Below, piece after piece: positions 37,961 through 51,245 of a DNA stretch of 64,000 nucleotides (within the stretch, counting starts at the first letter, position 1; every line of letters starts with the position of its first letter). Made by a program: the position numbers and the translations under genes. The notes below the pieces were generated by a model. It saw nothing but the letters and a program-made list of their open reading frames with translations, was not told the DNA's origin and searched no databases. The stretch is taken from the NCBI GenBank assembly GCA_035221665.1, contig CM069133.1, positions 10,354,001 through 10,418,000 of the forward strand, given 5' to 3'. This DNA is from Okamejei kenojei. Its lineage: Eukaryota.

Positions 37961-39570
37961 CAACATGGGCCAAATGCTTGATTTCAATACATGAATACAC
38001 TAAGATCAGTCATGTGCTGCACCTGTTGATCAGAGCCTGTGCTCTACTGTGGAATGTAATTTACTCTAACCTTATTCATAGCTAATCCAATTTAAAGCAT
38101 ATATATTGCATTCAAGTGTAAGATAAAAGACTTGCTACAGTATGCACCATATTGCACAATTTCAAGCTGAAAATGCAAAAGTTCCATACTAATGGGAGGG
38201 GACACACCCTCCTCCCACATCAAATCAGTTAATTTACATTAAATTTTACCTTTGCTTATTTTTTTGCATTAGTGCAATTGATTGGACCATGCACACACAG
38301 CCATTCCTCTGGTAGTTCTACCTCAATAGTTCACAGAGCTGGTGGTGGAATTCAGGAATTAATATGGAACAATAATGATCAGGGGCAAGATTGGTTCGGA
38401 AATTATTACAAATGAGGAGTAATAAAAGTCTTAATGGGGATCTACTAATAAATGATCCATATGCCAGACTTGTCCACTGACCCAGTAAGTCTAGATCCCT
38501 TTCAGTCGTTAAACCTTAAAAAGTGCACTCATCGAGTCTGATAAATAGCACAGAGGAAGGCCTTGCCTTCATCTACACAAAATAGTTTTCTTATGCTTGG
38601 AGGATCTTGAACTGAATTGGAAAAGGATTTATGATTGAGTTTCTTTGGAATTACACAAAATCGCGGCACTGCAGTAAAAAACATATGGGCACGTGTTGAA
38701 GATTGCTCATTTATTTTATGTTTTGTATATGATTTAAAAACACTCTTTTTTCTTTCTGTACAATGTTTATAATCTTTTTTGTTAAATTCAAATTCCTGAT
38801 GTGCCATTTATGAGACTTCCTTAGTTGGGTTGGCTGTTCAGTCTACTGGATGATTTCATTATTTTTGAATGACGTAGATGACACCAAACTGAAAGTTATG
38901 TTGGAATATGACAAGTTGATGCTTGTGAGCTGACTAATTCTTTGTGAACTGCTTTCCTCATGGTCACTGGCCCAAACCACAGATGTTGGGCCATTGAGCT
39001 GATTTGTTTTAAACTTATCGGGGTTACAGTAGAATCAGTAAATCAATCTCAAAAATATACCAAACTAGAGTTTTGCCCTCCACTTTTTTTTTTATTTTTT
39101 TTAAAGAACAGTATTATGTTATCCTTTGCTTTCCCTCCATCCCGTTACAGCATTGTTGAAATTTCCAAGAAATATTTTTTGGAGCCAATGATGTGGGTGG
39201 GGGAAGAAATGCTAAAATGCTAAATTTACTTTAGCCCCCAATGGGTTGAGAAAACAGCAGTAACCTTGAGATAGAAAAAGGCAATTATAATTATATAATT
39301 GTTCAATTGGAAAAAAATCTGTGGTACATTATCCTATTAAAAAAAATGTAATAATCCAAAGGAGATGATCATGAAAGTCATATGCACCATATTTAAGAAA
39401 GTAGCATTCATCTGGCTTTTTTTTCCCACTTTGTATTTAGGTACCTTCTTTGATCTTGAATGGACTGTAAAATTTCATAACGTCCCTCTGAGTTTAAAAA
39501 TCTTTTTTTTCCCCGCTGTGCCCCCTGTAATCAGTGCAGAGGTTTGAACTTTACAAATTATGTATTTCAG

Positions 39571-39714
39571 ACATTGAGAAAGAAGGGACTAAATGGGTGT
39601 GACAGCCCAGACCCAGACGCAGACGATTCAGTGGGTCACAGCCCTGAGTCTGATGAGAAGTGCAGAAAAATAAATGAAGATATTGATCTAATGATCAGCA
39701 GGCAAAGATTGTGT
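39571..39714 (+). CDS. MEF2C: MEF2C alternative exon alpha1 ([48 protein letters not shown])
   Basis: tatttcag|ACA ... TGT|gtaagt; 144 nt, 48 codons; near-identical to the mammalian MEF2C alpha1 peptide. Confidence 0.97.
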
Positions 39715-39770
39715 GTAAGTACAAGGGCCCTCCTTTATTTTTACTTTTGATATTTCTCTGAATCTGGCAG

Positions 39771-39908
39771 GCATTGAACAAGAAAGAAAACAAAGGCTGT
39801 GACAGCCCTGATCCTGACTCCTCTTATGCGCTCACCCCACGCACTGAAGAAAAATACCAAAAAATTAATGAAGAGTTTGATAATATGATCAGGAATCATA
39901 AAATACCT
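39771..39908 (+). CDS. MEF2C: MEF2C alternative exon alpha2 ([46 protein letters not shown])
   Basis: ctggcag|GCA ... CCT|gtaagt; 138 nt, 46 codons, translated by hand (not in the ORF track); matches the mammalian MEF2C alpha2 peptide. Confidence 0.96.
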
Positions 39909-42849
39909 GTAAGTACCCTGAGTTAGATGGCTGCTCTGCTAATGACTGCTGCAGTAATCTACCTTTTTAGTGCAGGTTTCTCACATATAAATCACATTTC
40001 AGTCTAGCAGTAAGCAGGATGCAAACAATAAGAATGGGATAATAACTAACATTGGCCCTCTAAAGCAGTTATTAATAGTCTAATTAAAACAGTTTTTACA
40101 TTCCCTTTAACCTGCTAATTCAAGTCATTGGGGGTCATTTAGAATATTTTAGCTGCAAATCTAAAATTAACAATATAATCAAAAAATTCTACAAACACCA
40201 TGTTTATCTGTAAAACATTTAAACTTCTGTGTGCCACTATGAATGAAACGAACCGGAATAAATGAGAATTTAATTTAAACCACAAAGGAAATGACAGGTG
40301 TGGAATCGTATATTCTGTGCGTAACATAGAACAATACTGATACTTAGATAAACTATGCCTTTCTAAGTAGAACATTTACAACTAAGGTGTTGTAGTAACA
40401 GTCTTACATTTATTTCATTGAACATAATATTTAAGTGAAATGATTTAAAAAAGTAATTTAAACTTTTTTCATTCAGTTTTTCAAGAAAGATATCAACGCA
40501 CATCCATTCAAAATATCTGCCTCCTAATACATACTAATTATCATTTGGGTTTTCGTAAATATATTTTCCTAATGTAAAGAAAATGGTATTTTTTGGAATA
40601 ATTTTAACTTGTTAGTGGTAATTTTTGTAGTAAAATTTCATCATTCTGTTGTGAAATCTGACTGAATCACATGCACATTCTTGTAACTGTAGGAGTGACT
40701 CGACTAATTAATGTCCCCTCTGCAAAATTTGACATGTTCTTAATTGTTTTCTTTGCATTTTTTAAATTTAGAGTATGAGTATCCCAAATAAAACAGCAAC
40801 TTTTCTGTTCATCCCACCTTGCACAAACAATTGAAGAACCATTGATGATTTATTGTAAAGACCATAGATGATGGATAGCGACCTCCCTCTGCATTTCTCT
40901 GGCAACTTGCCAAGTTTATAACTTTCAGACCTAGCCTTCATCAGTGTGGTTATTTAGCTTTCCCCATACTATACTTTTATTACCTCCATTAATGATATTG
41001 TCAAAATCAGGTTTGGGTGGCATATTTCACTGCAATACTATACGGTGCTGCCATTCATAGAAGTAGATGACACAATTCCATATAATGTTTGGTATCCATT
41101 GGGTTTTATTCCTGTTTCTAACCTCAATTTAATCTCGGGTGCCCTTGATAAAATAACTCAAATGACATCCATTTTAATTTCAAATATCAATTTTGTTATT
41201 GAAAATAGCTGAGGCAATCAATTTTCACACATGGTGCTTTTCCCAATATTATTCCCCATCCAACAGTTCATTAATATTCCATAAATGAGAACATTTTAGG
41301 ATTTACAGTACCAACCAAAAGAGTATACTTTCCATTTAATCACATGCATTTAATTACCAAACATTTGTCTGGTTAGTAACATAAAATAATTTTCTCAAGC
41401 AGCAACTTTTGCAATTTACACCATAGCCATAAATGCATTTTATGCAGTGATGTTATTAGAGTGGAAACTACATTTTCCCATAAAATATAGTGAAAACATG
41501 TCTATAATACCACAAGTACCTGGGAGCTATGATTTTGAAACCTTTAAAAAATTGTAATTTCATTAAACTAGATATTGTCACTTATCAAACAAATTGCTTT
41601 GATCTTTTTAAAATATTAAAAGTAGCACACATATCTCAAAATGCCAAATTTGTGTTAAAGAAAAAAATACCTGATACTTGTACTCAAAGGGTTAAGGCTA
41701 ACTGCTTGCTGTGTAGAGAGTCAGTCTGCATGAGATCCTGTTGATGAAATTCAAACACATTGTGTGCTGGGGTGATTTAACAGGATTACACAAATTGCTT
41801 TGCGTCCTGTCAAGAACATTTTATTTTCCTGCCTTAACACTAAGCTATTTCATTGACAACTAAACAAACCTCAACACACATAGCCATTCATATGCCTAGC
41901 CAGAAAACTGAGAGAAATAACATAACTTCTGCATGTGCATACTGTTGCATGAATGAAGAGCTCACCATGGTGGCCACCTGTGTGGTCTGATAAATTAGGT
42001 TTAATGTTTTCTTTATTTTCAATCTATGGTTATGATTGCATTGATAAGCAAAATAGTTTTGTTTTCTTCCCAACACAGCAATATTATTGCAATAGTCATT
42101 CTAAAGATTTATGTTTTAATTTTTTCTTTTAAATTCAAGATCAAGAATGAAATACTTGGGCAATTGTGAATTAGAAGAAGCAATTTGGAATGATATTGTA
42201 AAATATACATTACTGCCTCCTGCCTCATCTTGACGGTTCAAGCTGTGGTCAGTGTGGTTAAAAAGAGCAGGCGGTCCAGATCCCACTACTGAATGCTGTC
42301 ATTTCAAACAGGAAGGATGGCACCATCAAAATAACAGCCTGCTAAATGCACACACAAACATGGTGCAGAATCACCAATCGCGTTACCCAATAGACCACAA
42401 AAGAAGGGTGGGTAGGGCTGTACTGAGCAAAGTTGAAATGTTGGACAGCAGAGAAGACATTGTTGAGAAGACAAATGAACATCAAGATTTATTGAAGACC
42501 TGATTTAAATGTAGCCGCCCTTAACAGTCTTGATTAACAATTTGTGGTTCTGGTTGTCCCTTCAGCAAAAAAAAAAACCCAAATGTGCTGAAAAGAAAAT
42601 CAGTAAGATTCCAATGTCTCTTATAAAAAGATGAAAAATCAAAATGCTACAATATAGTTATGTGCAAATTATAGAATTAAACTAAGATGGCAGGCAAAAT
42701 TGTGTGAGAGAGAATCTAGAACCTTTAGTAATGTTCGTCTCCAACCCCATCTCACCTCATCCACAGTAGCTTTCCCCTTGATTTGAACAGCTAGCTGCAA
42801 GGACAATTAGAATGGTTTTCCTTTCCTAATGCTGTTGATACATAGAACA

Positions 42850-44085
42850 GACCATATTAGGTCTTGCTACATTGGCCTTTGTCAATCAGCAGTACTGAAT
42901 ATAGAAGTTGAGATTTTGTGCTACAGTGGTGCAAGATGTTGGTGAAGCTGCATTTGGAATACTGCATTGAGCTTCAATCACCATGTTATAGGAAGGATGT
43001 CATTAAGCTGGAAAGAGTGAAGAGAACACTTATGAGGATTTTGCCAGGACTCGAGGGCCTGAGCTAAGGGGAAAGGTTGCACGTGATATGACTTTATTCC
43101 TTGGAGCTAGGGGCTGAAGGGTGATCTTATGGAAATATATAAACTCTTGAGGGGAATAAATAGAGTGAATGCACTGATTATTTTACCCAGGTTAGAAGAA
43201 TCAAAATCTAGAGCTCAAAGGTTTAAGGTGAGAGGGGTAAGATTTAATAGGAACCTGAGAGGCACCTTTTTTACTCAGAAGGTGGTGGATATATGGAATG
43301 AGCTGACATGAAGTAGTTGAGGCAGGAGCAGGGAGGTTCTACTGCAGTTGTACAGGGTTTTGGTGAGACCACACCTGGAGTATTGTGTACAGTTTTGGTC
43401 TCCAAATCTGTGGAAAGACATTCTTGCCATAGAGGGGGTACAGAGAAGGTTCACCAGACTGATTCCTGGGATGTCAGGACTTTCATATGAGGAAAGACTG
43501 GATAGACTCGCTAGAATTTAGAAGATTGATTGGGGGGGATCTTATAGAAACGTACAAAATTCTTAAGGGGTTGGACAGGCTAGATGCAGGAAGGTTGTTC
43601 CCGATGTTGGGGAGGTCCAGAACAAGGGGTCACAGTTTAAGGATCAGGGGAATTCCTTTAGGACCGAGATGAGGAAAACATTTTTCACACAGAGAGTGGT
43701 GAGTCTCTGGAATTCTCTGGCACAGAAGGTAGTTGAGGCCAGTTCATTGGCTATATTTAAGAGGCAGTAAGATGTGGACCTTGTGGCTAAAGGGATCAGG
43801 GGATATGGAGAGAAGGCAGGTACGGGATACTGAGTTGAATGATCAGCCATGATCATATTGTTGGCGGTGCAGGCTCAAAGGGCCGAATGGCCTACTCCTG
43901 CACCTATTTTCTATGTTTCTATGTACTATAACAACATTTAAAAAGTCAGACAGGTACATGGATAGGAAACGTTTAGAGGGGCATGGGCCAAGTTTGTGCA
44001 AATGGGACTAGCTTAGATGGGGCATCTTGGTCGACATGGACACATTGGGCCGATGGGCCTGTTTCTGCGCTGTATTACTCCATTT
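42850..44085 (+). mobile_element. Older CR1 LINE with a young CR1 (43326-43924) inserted into it
   Basis: The older copy breaks at gttgaggcagg| and resumes |actataacaacatttaaaa; the inner copy ends in a (tttctatg)n tail. Confidence 0.85.
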
Positions 44086-44104
44086 CTCCAACTCGCTGAA
44101 ACAT

Positions 44105-44645
44105 TGCATCATCCTTCCATAACCTCAGGATTTTGCAAAGCGATTTTATAGCCAATTAATTCAGTTTGAAGTGTGTTCACTATTGTATTTTAGGAAATGC
44201 AATAGCCGATTTGTGGACAGCAGATCCAGTGATTCAGTCATCTAAGTGCAAAATTATGCAGTGGCAGGGTATCTGAAGCAAAAACAAACATGTTTGAAGT
44301 ACTTGGCAGCCAGGCAGCACTCGTGGAGAAGGAACAAATGTTAACATTTCAGGTCCATCAACATCGCCTCTGTATTGAGAGATGCTGCTTGACCGAAAGT
44401 GCACTTTCACATTTTCTGTTGGCCAAGGCACCAGGAATAACTTCCCTGCCCTTCTTGGGAACAGTTATTTGCATCTAGAAGAGCAGACAAGGTGATGGTC
44501 TAATGTCTCATGTGAAAAACGATACCTCCAATAAAGCAGTCGTGCAATAGAATATCATGCTCGGTTTTCGTGTTCATGTCTCTGGGGCATAATTTGAAGC
44601 TACAACTTTATACATCAGAACAATAGTGTTACCAGCTGATTCACA
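44105..44645 (-). mobile_element. Old Deu-domain SINE interrupted by an old Penelope-type palindromic repeat (~44265-44420)
   Basis: gcaaagcgattttatagccaat...gccgatttgtggacagc, then tttaatgtctcat-like Deu sequence after the insert. Confidence 0.5.
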
Positions 44646-46960
44646 CCAGACATCAAGTGACATTGAGGAATTTCATTTTTTCTGTATCACCTTTCTTTAT
44701 TTGTATCTATAACGAAAGTGAATTTACTGAATTGGAATCCCTGTGGAATATTGCAGCATTAGGAAACTTCCTGATCCTCTTGGACCCTTGAGTTATTATC
44801 AATTTATCCAACCTATTATTCTTCCTTATGCATTTCCATGGTCAACAAATGCCTCTCAACACACTTGTACAGTAATGTATTTCATGATGTTGCACGATAT
44901 TTTTGTTGCTGATCAGGTCAATTTTTTTTTTAGTGTTAAACTTGTATGACCTGCTTTTGGAGCTTAACTGTGATTGCTGAAAAATTATATTTATTATTTC
45001 AGCCTAAGTTAGGTAATGAACAAGCCAGGAGGTGCACATTTCTGTATTTGTGCCCTGTTTCATAACTAGTTGTCATTCTTGTTCAGCAATGGGTACTTCC
45101 TACCCTAACATCAACTGGCATTAGTGTCACCAAGACCCTCACTTTCAACAGCTAAGCGGTTACTCTACTAGATCAGCCACATGGATACAAGAGTAGGGCA
45201 GAGGCTGGGTAGCACAGAGTGAAGGCACAATTCGTAAAAGTGAAGGAATACGCTCCTGTTGCCTGGATAAGTGCAGTTCCACCAACACTCAGGCAAACTC
45301 AATCCCATCCAATGTAAGCAACCCATATGAATGGCATTTATAATAACCCTGACATTCATTCCACTCACCACTGACTGGCACACTGTTGCTGCTGCATTTT
45401 CTATTTACAAAATGCACATAGTTGGTAGGTGAGGTTATTCTGACACTTCTTAAACCACTGAAAAACCTAAGTGGATCGCGCACACGATCACCCACAGTTT
45501 ATTCTCCGTGTCACACGACATTCTGACTTCAAAATACATTGTTGATATTTTTTTATCATCACAAGGTCTGAGCCCTGGAAGTTTCTATTCAATAGTGCAC
45601 TGCAGTTCTAGTTGCCACAGATATGATTGCACTGGAGAGAGTGTGTAGAGGAGATTCACTCGGATGGCACCTGAGAAGGAGCACTACAGTTATGAGGAAA
45701 GACGGGTTTGGTTTGGATTGAAGCAGGCTGAGGGAGGACCTGTTTGAGGAATACAGAATTATGAGCAGAAATAGACAGTGAGACAGTATTTAAAAAAAAC
45801 AGAGGTACCCCATAAATACAGGTACATAAAATAAGACATGGCTTTGAGATCTGGGGCAAGTGGTGTAATGTTTCTGAGGAAGACTTTGTTCAGCCAGTGA
45901 ATAGTTAGGATCTGGAATGCATTGATTATAAGGGTGGCAGGGCCAGACACTCCCAGAGCATTTAAAGATAATCTAGACCAGGATTCAAATGCTGGAAAAT
46001 GAGGCTAATGTACATGGGTATTCAATGGTCAGCCTGAATATGGTGGGCCAAAATGTCTCATTCTGTGGTGTATGACTGACTTTGTAAAAATATTGTGGGA
46101 TTGCTTTCACCAGTTCAGGAAGTTGATTCATCATCACCTCTGAGGGCAGTCAGGATTTGGAAAGAAATGTTGGCCATGGAAGCTACAAACTAAAAAAAAA
46201 AATCCTGTATTATCCAGGAATCCTGAAATAATTATAGAAATAAAAGATGCAATGGTGCTTCCAATTTTCCCACTATCAATCGGGCAAAAGATTAGATGAA
46301 AGCAATTTGGGATTATAATTATCCAATGGATTGGGTGATGGTTGTTTTCAATACTTACTGCCAGGATGGACTTCATACCTCTTTGAACCAACTGACAGAT
46401 TAAAACAAACTGGAAGTTTCTTACAGACCCTTAAATGTCTTCTTTTGAATAACAAATTATAAGCAGGTACCAGAAGTTATTAAATTTGTGCAAGAGTGGT
46501 GCTCTTAAGGTTGATATTTACCTCTGCTTTCCAAATGCTCCACTTTGTATAAAGGGATATTTATCCCCATTAGGAATCACTGTACGCAAATATTGTAAGT
46601 ACTCAAGAAGAGGGTTCCATTACTGTGTTCCATAATTATCTGTGCACACAATTTAAGATAGTGCTATTATTATTTTATTTTTAAATTCCTTTGTAGTAAC
46701 TAATTTGTATATTACAGACATCAATCGAAATTGATTCTGTTTGTCAGTGGTACGCAAAATACATCATCTATACTTTTGATTGGATTTAATAACACCAGAA
46801 TTGACAAAAGTGAACTAAAATTGTCTTGCATATCTTGAAGTCAAAAATCACATATAGGGCAACAATTTGAAAGCTGCTTAGCTTGCCCATTGTCAGGAAA
46901 AAGGTGTGTGGGCATCATGCTGACAGCAGCTATTAAGTTACAATGATAGTTTGCAATTAA

Positions 46961-47245
46961 GGGCAGCACAGTGGCGTAACCATAGAGTTACTGCCTTCCA
47001 GCGCCTGAGGCCTTGGTTTGATCCTGACTAAGGTTTCGTGTTAGCATGGTGTTTGTAAGTTCTCCCTGTGACCGCATGGGTTTGCTCTGGTTTCCTCCCA
47101 CACTCCAAAGTCATACAGGTTTATAGGTTAATTGGCTTTGGTAAGTTGTTGTGAAGTTGTGCCTAAGGTGTGTAGGTCAGTGTATGGGGTGATCACTGGT
47201 CGAGGGCTGAAAGGCCTGTTTCCTCGCTGTATCTCTAAAGTCTAA
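46961..47245 (+). mobile_element. Full-length HE1-type V-SINE
   Basis: tRNA-derived head (A-box gtggcgtaac, B-box ggtttgatcc), V-domain ggtttcctcccacactccaaag, CR1-like tail ggcctgtttcctcgctgtatctctaaa. Confidence 0.88.
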
Positions 47246-47559
47246 TGAAGAGATAGCTACAATGACTCTGGTTGAGGCATAGACAACTTTTTTTGTGGTA
47301 ATTATCTGCTATCATCAAGGTAGTAATGATCTTCATGGACCACACAATGCGAAGATGAACATGCCAACAAACGCCTCTCTCTACGATAAATAGCATCTGC
47401 AAAGTAAAGTACATTCTTCTATCAGATCTGACGAATTCCTGTTCTCAAAAGCTCCCAAGCTCGCACAGCTACAGCACAATTAAAATAACCAGACAGACTT
47501 GCAACTCAAATGACTTGCACTTAGAATCATGGCGTCCGTCATATACAAAGTTTTAGAGG

Positions 47560-48320
47560 AACATGGACCCAAATCATCCATGCCAACCAAAATGCCCCAT
47601 CTAAACTAATTCAATTTGCCTGCATGGGCCAATATCACTCTAAACATTCCCTATCCATGTACCTTTCCAAATGTCAGTTAAATGTTGTTATTGTACTTGC
47701 TCAAACACATCGTCTGGCAACTCGTCCCGTATATACATCACCCTCTGTATGAATGTTGCCCCTCAAGTTCCTATGAAATCTTATATCCTATTAACCACCT
47801 TAAACCTATGTCTATGATTCTCTTATCCATGGATAAAGACTGTGCACTCACCCTATCTATTCCCCTCATGCTCCGTAAGATCATCCCTCAGCCTTCTTCA
47901 TGCCAAGGAATAAACCCCTAGCCAACCCAATCCCACCCTATACCTCATGCTGTCAAGTCTTGGCAACATCTTGGTAAATCTTCTCTTCACCCTTTTCAGC
48001 TTAATGGCTAGTAGGGTGACAAAACTGAACACAATACTGCAGGTGCAACCTGGCCAACGTGTTATACAACTGTAACGTAAGGTCCCAACTTCTATACTCA
48101 ATTCCCTGACAAATGAAGGCCAGCATGTCAAAGTCTTCTTCACCCCATATCTACCTGCGATGTCACTTTGAGAGAATTATGTATTTGTATTTCTGGATCA
48201 CTCTGTGCTATAACACTCTCCAGGGCCCCACTGTTCACAGTGAAGATCATGCCCTGGTTCTACTTCCCAAAATACAACAACTCACACTTATCTGAATTAA
48301 ATTCCATTAGCCATTCCTCA
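47560..48320 (-). mobile_element. CR1 LINE 3' fragment
   Basis: Minus-strand KLKRVKRRFTKMLP and CR1 3' motifs. Confidence 0.8.
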
Positions 48321-49069
48321 CCTAATGCAACACTTACATAGCACTTCTTCATTGTACAGAACCTGAAATTCCAGGCAGCCTGCTCTGACACTCGAGCACA
48401 GAGTAGATTGTGGCATATGCTTTCTGGCCTGCTTAGTTGTTGAACATATCCAAAATTCTATTTTGAGATGTGCTCACCTCCTTAAAGGAGGTGCAAATGT
48501 GCTATTTTTATGCTTCCTGACCATCTGCCCTGATGACAGTAAGGAATGTCAGAATGAAACTTTGCCGTTGTATTAGTTTTAGAGTTAAAAAGGGTGAACA
48601 GCAGGCAAGTAGACAGACAAACACCCAGATTATTAAACTACTTTAAGAACACTAGCATTGTGGTCCCTAATCATGGAGTCACAATGAGCTCTTAAGCCTG
48701 TGCCAGCCATCAAGCACCAATACCACTTTTTGTCCTCCCCACTTTTCCATCAACTAGCAAGAAAGTAAAAATTTACCCGGGTGAGGGTATGTGAGGCGGA
48801 CCCACTAGGTAATGTAATCTTGGCAGTCCCATTTCCCCTTGTTGGCGGTAGAGAGATGTCAAATGCAGGAGCCGGCTTCTGTCACTATATTGTATCAGCT
48901 ACAAAAAAGGAGCAAATGCTCCCCAAAAAAGGTTTAGTTCAAGATTCCATGATCCAACCATTGCATTTCTTTGAGGGATTCTCCCAGTCCCGGGAGTCAT
49001 GGCAATTTAGCAACTTAGTATGAGAATAATAGTAACCCCCAAAGACCAACTGAAGCTCCTATCCGCAAC

Positions 49070-50370
49070 ATGGCACTGGTTTATGATTGTCACATGTACC
49101 ACGATACCGTTAAGAACTATGTTCATCTACAATCCAGTTATATCATACTATAAAGGAGTACAAACAAGCTATACACAACTACAACAGTTAGTGCAAAGAG
49201 AAAAATACCAGCGGACCGAATATCGTGTAATAGTTTTATAGCGTTACAGTTTTTACAGAGAAACCTGTGCCAAATTTTTTTAAAGCGCATTTGCCTCAAT
49301 GAGGTCGGTTGAGAGATTAGGACTGCACCTTTAGCTTATGAGAAGGATCTTTCAGTGACTCTAAATAACACAAGGAAATAAGCTGTTGCTGAATCTGGTG
49401 GTACATGTTTCCTAGCTTTTGTGTCTTCTGCTTGATGGGAGAGGGGAGAAAGGGAATAACTGGGGTGTAAACGATCCTTGAATATGTTGGCTGCTTTCCT
49501 GAGGCAGCATGAACTGCAGATGGAGACGACGGGTGGGTTGGGTTGTGGCTGGTTTGTATGGTGGACTGGGGGCTACATCCACAACTCCCTGCAATTTCCT
49601 CTGATTTGGACAGAGCCGTTACCTAACCAGGCTGTGATGCATCCAGATAGGATACTTTCTGTAGTGCATCTGTAGGTCAGTAACAGTTGTTGGCGTTGTG
49701 TGGTTTCTACGCTATAGCTTCAATGTGATTGGTCCAGGACTAAGTTGTTGGTGATATTTGCAGCTCGGAGCTTGAAGCTCTTGCACCAATGATGCTGACT
49801 AGGGCGTGTACACCACCTTGTTTCCCGAAGTCCGTAACTTTATCTTGCTTACATTGATGGTGAGGTTGTTGGCTTGACACTAAGCGCTCTATGTCCTTCC
49901 TGCACTTTGTCTTGTCATTGTTTGAGATATGGCCCACTATGATAGTTTCATCAGCTAACTTGTAAATGGTGTTAGAGCAGAATTTCGCTGCACAGTCATT
50001 AATATCTAGGGGGTATAGTAAGAGGCTGAGTATGCATTCTTGCTAGACATCGGCGTGGAGAATGATCATGGAGGATGTTTTGTCACCTATCTTCACATTT
50101 GATCTACGGGACAGGAAGTCGATGATCCAGTTGTGGAGAGGGAGTGTTTAATCCTAGGTCCAGGAGTTTTGGAGAAGACTTTGGTTGGGATGATAGGTGT
50201 CTGACATGGGTATCCTTGTTGTCCCAATGTTCCAGTGATGACTGGAAGGTCAGGGAGAAGGCATGTGCCATGGACCTGTTGCAACAGTAGGTGAACTGCA
50301 GTGGTTCATTTCTAACTGGGAGGTTGGAGTTAATGTGTACCATAACCAGCCTCTTGAAACATTTCAAGGA
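49070..50370 (-). mobile_element. Degenerate Rex1/Babar-like LINE
   Basis: MKCFKRLVMVHI...LQFTY..NRS, LADET, KDIERLV remnants; 3' tail near 49075-49100. Confidence 0.75.
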
Positions 50371-51058
50371 TGCCAGAGCAATGACTATTTAGCTGCCAAA
50401 TGTTATTATTATTTAGATGTTCCCTCTCCTATATCCCAACCAATAATAATATTCCCCACCACCTGCACAGGCCCCATCTCCACCATCATCATTACCCCAT
50501 TTAAATACCTGGGTGAAGGAAAACCTCAGGAAAAAAGCAACATAAAAGAAAAATAAAATCTCATTGAACTGCAGACAAGCTCCAGAAACTGATACCAATT
50601 ATATATAATACTTATCTACCTTCTTTAATTTGAAACTCTCAGGAGCTCATCTAACTCCATTTTTAAGCCTATCATTACTTTTAATTATCTTGTCATCATA
50701 AGTTTCATTAAGAATGTTTAATAATGCAGAATTAACTTTTTCTTTGCAGAGTTCTTTCTGGTTGTCTAAATTGCAGTATTTAGTTTGACTTGTTTAAAAA
50801 ATTTGAATAATTTTGAAAGCATCTTAGCATAAGCTAATGTAAAATACTTTCATTACTCGTTACCTTTTATTGGGATAAAAGTACTATTCAAACAATGAAA
50901 AATTGTTTGAAAATGAAGTGGGAAAAGAAAGGTAATTAAGATTTTAAACATACAAACCATTAAAATCTATGTTCTCCGTTCAGAACCAACTCCGGCCTAT
51001 TTGTGACATTGATTATTCCTTCCTCCCTATTTTTTTTCCTCTTTTTTCTATCGCATAG

Positions 51059-51245
51059 GCTGTTCCTCCGCCTAATTTTGAGATGCCAGTTTCAATCCCA
51101 GTGTCCAACCAAAACAGCCTCATTTACAGCAGCCCAGTCGGCTCCCTGGGTAACCACAACCTAATGTCATTGGGCCATCCTTCTCTGCAGAGGAACAGCA
51201 TGTCTCCTGGAGTGACACAACGACCACCGAGTGCTGGAAACGCAG
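51059..51245 (+). CDS. MEF2C: MEF2C coding exon ([63 protein letters not shown])
   Basis: Long polypyrimidine tract then catag|GCT; GCAG|gtaaaa; 187 nt, phase 0-1; translated by hand and matches the MEF2C transactivation region. Confidence 0.96.

Noticed and set aside
43751-43760. MEF2 consensus CTATATTTAA (also near 63483, plus isolated sites at 8931 and 21497)
   Set aside because: Two are part of CR1 coding sequence, and single AT-rich matches are expected by chance in this intron.
46961-47035. tRNA gene
   Set aside because: The A/B boxes belong to the head of an HE1-type SINE, followed directly by the V-domain and LINE tail.
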